Shown: piece by piece, positions 59,145 through 64,000 of the stretch | Position numbering within the stretch: the first letter of the stretch is position 1 | How the letters are laid out: every line of letters starts with the position of its first letter | NCBI GenBank assembly: GCA_016188705.1 | Contig: JACPHH010000028.1 | Coordinates: 1,534 to 65,533, forward strand | DNA length: 64,000 bases | Reading direction: 5' to 3' | DNA from: Candidatus Peregrinibacteria bacterium | Lineage (GTDB): Bacteria; Patescibacteriota; Gracilibacteria; UBA1369; JACRIC01 | Position numbers and translations under genes: made by a program | Notes under the pieces: model-generated | What the model was told of the DNA's origin: nothing | The model's input: only the letters and a program-made list of their open reading frames with translations | Databases searched by the model: none

Positions 59145-59264
59145 GAGCCTCCGAAAAACACAATTTTGGAAACGAACTATAGAAGCCTTAAGAAAAACAA
59201 ATTTTCATTACGAAATTTGCAAATTTTGTCATTGCTGTAGAAAATTTTATGTGAACACTGCCTA
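59145..59264. repeat. Family A remnants and family D end between convergent ispE and recR
   Basis: TAAA|GAGCCTCCGAAAAAC; TTTCATTACGAAATTTGCAAATT; TGTGAACACTGCCTA overlapping the recR stop. Confidence 0.55.
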
Positions 59265-59867
59265 ATATATATGTCGTCCTTCGAGGGCGTTTTTAAGCGT
59301 CATTTGATCGGCATATTCAAGATCCCCGCCCATGGGAATACCGCAGGCAATTCGGCTAATTTTTATATCGTACGGTTTGAGAAGATTATGAATATACATA
59401 GCGGTTGCTTCGCCTTCCATCGTAGGATTCGTCGCAAGAATAATTTCTTTAATAATGGGATCATTTCGTTTGAGCCTTTTTTCCAGTTGGGCGATCGTGA
59501 TATCTTCAGGACCAATTCCATCAATGGGAGAAATAGCGCCATGCAACACATGGTACGTCCCTTTATAGTCGTGAGTTTTCTCAATGGCGAGAGCGTCAAG
59601 GGCTTCTTCGACAACGCAAATCGTCGATGTGTCGCGTGAAAAATCCGAACAAATAGTACAAAAAGATTGATCCGTCAGAATGGCGCAATTTTCACAGAGA
59701 AGAATATTTTCTTTGAGGCGAAGAAGAGTTGTGCCAAGTTTTTGGTGAAGAGAATGTTGGGAACGAAGAAGATAAAAAGCCAGTCTTTGAGCGGTTTTTG
59801 TGCCAATGCCGGGAAGTTCGGAAAATTCATGAATGAGAGATTGGAGTGACTGTGGAAGAAAATCCAT
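59262..59867 (-). CDS. recR: Recombination mediator RecR
   Basis: LPGIGTKTAQRL, C4 zinc finger, ATNPTMEGEATA, GGDLEYAD. Confidence 0.97.
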   Translation of the reverse strand: MDFLPQSLQSLIHEFSELPGIGTKTAQRLAFYLLRSQHSLHQKLGTTLLRLKENILLCENCAILTDQSFCTICSDFSRDTSTICVVEEALDALAIEKTHDYKGTYHVLHGAISPIDGIGPEDITIAQLEKRLKRNDPIIKEIILATNPTMEGEATAMYIHNLLKPYDIKISRIACGIPMGGDLEYADQMTLKNALEGRHIY

Positions 59868-60022
59868 AATACGATGAGAATGAAAAAAAGCCCTAAAGAA
59901 CATTAAGAAAAACAGATTTTCATTACGAAATGTATAATAAAAAAACGTTTTTTTAAAATTGCTTAAAAAGTTGCATACATACTATAACGCCACAACTCAA
60001 AAGATTCAATATTGTAAAAAAA

Positions 60023-60577
60023 CTATTTTCCGATGAGTTTCAGAAATTCCGATCGCGTATTCATGTCGTTTTTAAACGATCCAAGAAGTGAAGAAGTGAT
60101 AAATTGGCTTCTCTGTTTTTCTACGCCACGGCACATAATGCAAAAATGGCGTGCCTCCAAAACCACGCCGACGCCTCTCGGGTTTAAAAGTTTTTGAAGA
60201 CTCTGAGCAATTTGAGATGTGAGTCTTTCCTGATTTTGCATCCTGCGGGCATAAATATCGACCATGCGGGGAAGTTTTGAAAGTCCGATAATTTTCTTTA
60301 GGGGAATATAACCGATGTGTGCTTCGCCGAAAAAAGGAAGCATGTGATGTTCGCACGTGGAATAAAATTCAATATTTTTTGCCACAATCATTTCATCATA
60401 ATTCTCTCCGTCAAAAACAGTGAGGAGATCTCGCGGGTCTTTTTTATATCCAGAAAAAAGCCTTTCATAGCTGCGAATCACGCGTTCCGGAGTTTTTTTC
60501 AAACCTTCGCGTTCGGGATTTTCTCCAATAAAAAGGAGAAGAGATCGAATAAGTTCTAAAGGGTAGATTTTTTTCAT
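60023..60577 (-). CDS. folE: GTP cyclohydrolase I
   Basis: [35 protein letters not shown]. Confidence 0.96.
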   Translation of the reverse strand: MKKIYPLELIRSLLLFIGENPEREGLKKTPERVIRSYERLFSGYKKDPRDLLTVFDGENYDEMIVAKNIEFYSTCEHHMLPFFGEAHIGYIPLKKIIGLSKLPRMVDIYARRMQNQERLTSQIAQSLQKLLNPRGVGVVLEARHFCIMCRGVEKQRSQFITSSLLGSFKNDMNTRSEFLKLIGK

Positions 60578-61170
60578 AATGTATGAAAATGATGGAGAAA
60601 ATTTTTTTTGCACATTTGAATAAAATATCGATGAATCGCGGTATCATCAGTCATTTCAGGATGAAAGGTCGACGCGAGCAGATTGCCCTCGCGAACAAGT
60701 ATTTTGTCGGTTCCATGCTTTGCAAGAACTTCGACCATCGGCCCGACATGAACAATTTTTGGAGCTCGTATAAAAACGGCGCGAAGTTTTTTTTGACTGA
60801 TTTTCGGCGCGGAAATCAAAGTTATGAAGCTTTCAATTTGCCTTCCATACGCGTTTCTCTCTATTTCAATGTCCATGACGCGAAGAATTTCAGGCTCTTT
60901 TCCATAGGCTTTTTGAGCAAGAAGAATAGCTCCCGCACAAGTTCCATACACAGGAAATCCTTTCTTTACTTTACGAATAATGGCTGAATGCAATCCTGAA
61001 ATATGGAGAAATTTTCCGAGGGCCGTACTTTCGCCGCCCGGGAGTATAAGGCCATTTACCTGATCAAGATCTTCGACGCAGCGAATTTGCCGCGAAATCG
61101 CGCCACATTTTTTAAGAGCACGTTCATGCTCGAAAACCGAACCATGAAATCCTAAAACACCGATTTTCAT
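60574..61170 (-). CDS. pdxT: PLP synthase glutaminase subunit
   Basis: LPGGEST, GTCAG, RNAYGRQ, FIRAP, FHPE. Confidence 0.95.
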   Translation of the reverse strand: MKIGVLGFHGSVFEHERALKKCGAISRQIRCVEDLDQVNGLILPGGESTALGKFLHISGLHSAIIRKVKKGFPVYGTCAGAILLAQKAYGKEPEILRVMDIEIERNAYGRQIESFITLISAPKISQKKLRAVFIRAPKIVHVGPMVEVLAKHGTDKILVREGNLLASTFHPEMTDDTAIHRYFIQMCKKNFLHHFHTL

Positions 61171-61288
61171 GAGATACAAGACAAAAACATGGTTACTGTA
61201 TCATATTTTTTTCTTATATAAAAGCTCGCGACGGTAACTGCCCTCTTTTCGTTTTTTTTTGAGTCTTATGAGAGCAATTACTCGTGAC

Positions 61289-61495
61289 TCAAAGTTTAAC
61301 CTTATAAGAACTCAAGCTTTCAATATTTTTTTTCACAATATCAAGATCAAGTTGAGAATCATGTACAAGAAGAGTATTTCCTGTTTCAAAATCGACATTG
61401 CATTCGAAAACGCCGGGAATTTCTTTGCACGCTTCTTCTATAAGGAGCCTACAGGCACGGCAATGCGTTCCTGTTATTGTAAATTGAGTTTGCAT
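61289..61495 (-). CDS. Heavy-metal-associated (CopZ-like) chaperone
   Basis: ITGTHCRAC motif, 68 aa. Confidence 0.85.
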   Translation of the reverse strand: MQTQFTITGTHCRACRLLIEEACKEIPGVFECNVDFETGNTLLVHDSQLDLDIVKKNIESLSSYKVKL

Positions 61496-61504
61496 ATAAA
61501 AAAA

Positions 61505-63298
61505 TTAACGAATAATAAATTCTCCAAGCGGATTCCCCATGCTGCATGTAAGAAGTGAATTTCCCTCCTTCGTTGGAGTAAAGGAGAGCGTATTTTTCCC
61601 CAAAGTGAGGCGTTTCGCGACATCATAATCCGGTACCACGACTGTTCCCATGCAACCGCCTAAGGCGACTTTGTCATCGATTTCAAGTTCAATGGGAATA
61701 CCCTTTTTTGCTTCAAAAGTATTCGGATAAAAACCGCGTTCATTTGAAACCTCCATGAAAAATTTTTGAATTGGACAGCTTTCAATCGAGGGATCACAGC
61801 CATCTGTTCGGCCTGTATTAAGAGCGTCGGCTTCGACAAGAGCATTAACGGAATTATCAGAATTCGTTGAAATCGATCGACTTGAATTGTCAGTAATATT
61901 TGAGGCGTTTTCAATCACGGTGAATGAGGCGCCAGGCGTCATCATCCCCATGCTGCAGTTAAACGGTATTTCACCTGTTTCTTTTGGAGTAAAGCGAATG
62001 GTTTTTATGCCCTTTTTTGGCAAATATTCCGAAATGTCCAAATTTGGCGCTACGATAACTTGTCCGCAACCTTTGGCCCCGGATCCATCTATGCGCCATT
62101 CCACTGGAACATTTTTCACGATAGTAAAATTGCTGGGCGAGTACTCGTAACCATTCACTTTCATTTCCACGATCTGTACGCCATTCACAATTTTGACAAG
62201 ATTATCTTGAGATGCGGTTGTTTGACCGATATCAAAAAGTGAAGCCGAAGAAAAACGAATACCCGCGAGATTAAGTCCGTTATTGATATTGGAAAACCCA
62301 AGAACAATAACAAGAATGCCTGCGAATTTCAAAAAATACCGTTGAAATGAACCTTTAACAAAGCTCGAAAGAGCGCTTAAAGAAAGGAGCGCGGGCAGAG
62401 TTCCCAGTGAGAAAGCGAGCATGGTCAGTGCGCCGGTTAACGAATCACCCTTGCTCAAGACATACAGTTGGAGAGCTTGCGTAAAACCGCAGGGAAGGAA
62501 AAATGTCGAAGCGCCAAGAAAAAACGGAGTACTTTTTCGATCTTGACCAGTGAGATCGTGAATTTTGTGAGCGAGAAATTTGGGCATTTTTGGCTGAAAT
62601 CTCCGAAGTCCTGGGAAAAGTCTGAGAAGCTGAAAGCCAAGTATGATCATGATAAAACTCACAAAGACCGTGAGCATTCCATTGACTCTGGGCGACAGTG
62701 ATATTACAGAGCCAAGAGCCCCAACAAGCCCGCCGAGCACAGTATACGATACCACTCTGCCGATATTAAAATACAAATGTGGACGAAATTTTTGAACCCC
62801 GTTTAAGTGTGGATATTGTTCATTATATTTTGCGGCAACGGCTACAAGAAGACCGCCTGTGACGGCAATACACGTTGACATCGCCGCGACGAGGCCGATG
62901 AGGAAAACGAAGCCGAAATTCATATTGTCAGAAATTCCGAAGTTTTGCGGCAATATATTGAACTGCTTGAGAAGAAGATATAAAGCGACGAGAATCATGA
63001 AAACCGTACCCATTTCAGCATAATCTTTGGAAGTATTTTTTGAAGACGCGGGTTGAGCCGTTTCCTTGCCCTCTTGCCAGAGATTGACCGTATAGCCAAG
63101 ATTTTGAAGAAGATTGTTAAGAGCCACGGTACCGGGAAAGGAAGAATAGAAAATTTCAGCTTTTCCTTGTACGTGATTAACATTTACACGTTCTATGCCG
63201 GGAAATTGTTTCAATTTTCTTTCAATGAGCACCTCACAGCTTGCGCAGTGCATCCCGTTTATCTTGAGACAGATTTTTTTAAGATTTGGAAGCGACAT
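61505..63298 (-). CDS. HMA + DsbD_2/TauE-like membrane domain + two cupredoxin domains
   Basis: GMHCASC, STCIAVTGG, FNIGR, LPCGF, FSLGTLP, CSMGM and CSMG. Confidence 0.88.
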   Translation of the reverse strand: MSLPNLKKICLKINGMHCASCEVLIERKLKQFPGIERVNVNHVQGKAEIFYSSFPGTVALNNLLQNLGYTVNLWQEGKETAQPASSKNTSKDYAEMGTVFMILVALYLLLKQFNILPQNFGISDNMNFGFVFLIGLVAAMSTCIAVTGGLLVAVAAKYNEQYPHLNGVQKFRPHLYFNIGRVVSYTVLGGLVGALGSVISLSPRVNGMLTVFVSFIMIILGFQLLRLFPGLRRFQPKMPKFLAHKIHDLTGQDRKSTPFFLGASTFFLPCGFTQALQLYVLSKGDSLTGALTMLAFSLGTLPALLSLSALSSFVKGSFQRYFLKFAGILVIVLGFSNINNGLNLAGIRFSSASLFDIGQTTASQDNLVKIVNGVQIVEMKVNGYEYSPSNFTIVKNVPVEWRIDGSGAKGCGQVIVAPNLDISEYLPKKGIKTIRFTPKETGEIPFNCSMGMMTPGASFTVIENASNITDNSSRSISTNSDNSVNALVEADALNTGRTDGCDPSIESCPIQKFFMEVSNERGFYPNTFEAKKGIPIELEIDDKVALGGCMGTVVVPDYDVAKRLTLGKNTLSFTPTKEGNSLLTCSMGNPLGEFIIR

Positions 63299-63375
63299 AT
63301 TCAGGATGATAAAATAAAAAAATATACAAAAAACAAGTATAAACAAGGTCAAAACATATAAAATATGCTGCCTTT

Positions 63376-63798
63376 TTACGCTTTTACAGGAGCCACCGCG
63401 TAAAGTTTAGGATGAAGAATTCCTTGTGAAAGGAGTTTCGCTATTGGAGAAAAAAGATTGAGCAGAGAATTTATTAAAGCTTGGAGTCGCCATTTAAGAT
63501 TCATGTTTCTCGAAAATCGCAGGATATATTCTGAAAACGAAATAAAAGGACGAAGAAAATAAACAAACATTACAATAAGAAGAATTTGAACAGAAAAAGC
63601 AGCGTTAAAAATGCTTTTCCAAAAGGCGACATGAGCTTGTCCATTCATGGTACAGAGACTTGATTCATTGAGCATAAAAGGACAATCGCCCGAATGCATT
63701 TCTGAATCCATGGCCATGTTAACAGAGAGGATTCCAAAAAGAAGGAAAAAAGAAAGGACGAACGCGCTTACCCAAGAATGAAGTTTAGATGTATTCAT
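63376..63798 (-). CDS. Small membrane protein with Met/His/Cys cluster and C-terminal SQGILHPK
   Basis: TM-MAMDSEMHSGDCPFM....LC.M...H...W-TM-LLSQGILHPKLY. Confidence 0.7.
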   Translation of the reverse strand: MNTSKLHSWVSAFVLSFFLLFGILSVNMAMDSEMHSGDCPFMLNESSLCTMNGQAHVAFWKSIFNAAFSVQILLIVMFVYFLRPFISFSEYILRFSRNMNLKWRLQALINSLLNLFSPIAKLLSQGILHPKLYAVAPVKA

Positions 63799-63870
63799 AA
63801 TGAAAATATTCACTTGAAGTATATCATAAAGAAAATGAAATTGCAATATTTTTTTTCTTCGGTCAAACAG

Positions 63871-63950
63871 GGATCATACGCTTTTCTTTGGCATTGTTAG
63901 CGAATTTTCGCCCTTTTTGATTCGATCGAGTATCCGAGAGACGAGCTTCC
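63871..63950. repeat. Family B element, degenerate copy
   Basis: GGATCATACGCTTTTC...GAATTTTCGCCCTTTTTGAT..GAGTATCCGAG.GACGAGC. Confidence 0.7.
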
Positions 63951-64000
63951 TTAACTCATGGAACTTAAACGTGCGAATAAGATGAAAATGAAGGTAAATA

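Noticed and set aside
1-64000. Alternative genetic code (UGA=Gly)
   Set aside because: Core genes are full length in code 11, murA and pdxT end in TGA, and RF2 is present

Overview
AT-rich bacterial chromosome segment read with the standard code (RF2 present, TGA used as stop). The gene set (stand-alone 5'-3' exonuclease, tandem VirB2/TrbC-like pilins, giant Ig/beta-helix surface proteins, LPxTG protein, patchy metabolism) suggests a Patescibacteria/CPR organism, plausibly Peregrinibacteria-like (inference). Core genes: ssrA, mfd, dnaN, rnj, murD, prfB, def, ftsZ/ftsA, khpA/rpsP, tRNA-Asp, ilvD, murA, ispDF/ispE, recR, folE, pdxT. An accessory stretch follows tRNA-Asp (orphan ATP-grasp, two TA pairs, HATPase/STAS pair, GT2 remnant), and there are three metal/thiol-redox gene groups. 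Most notable unexplained signals: (1) at least four families of intergenic palindromic miniature elements, one with covarying stems, fixed internal loops and 4-bp target duplications, another with an 8-bp target duplication; (2) a FemABX-family gene whose normally C-terminal motif block lies mid-protein; (3) a 1487-aa repeat-rod/SH3b protein with candidate membrane-inserting ends; (4) a DnaA-trio-like origin signature upstream of dnaN without dnaA; (5) a four-hairpin RNase J leader. All calls are by eye; no searches were run.
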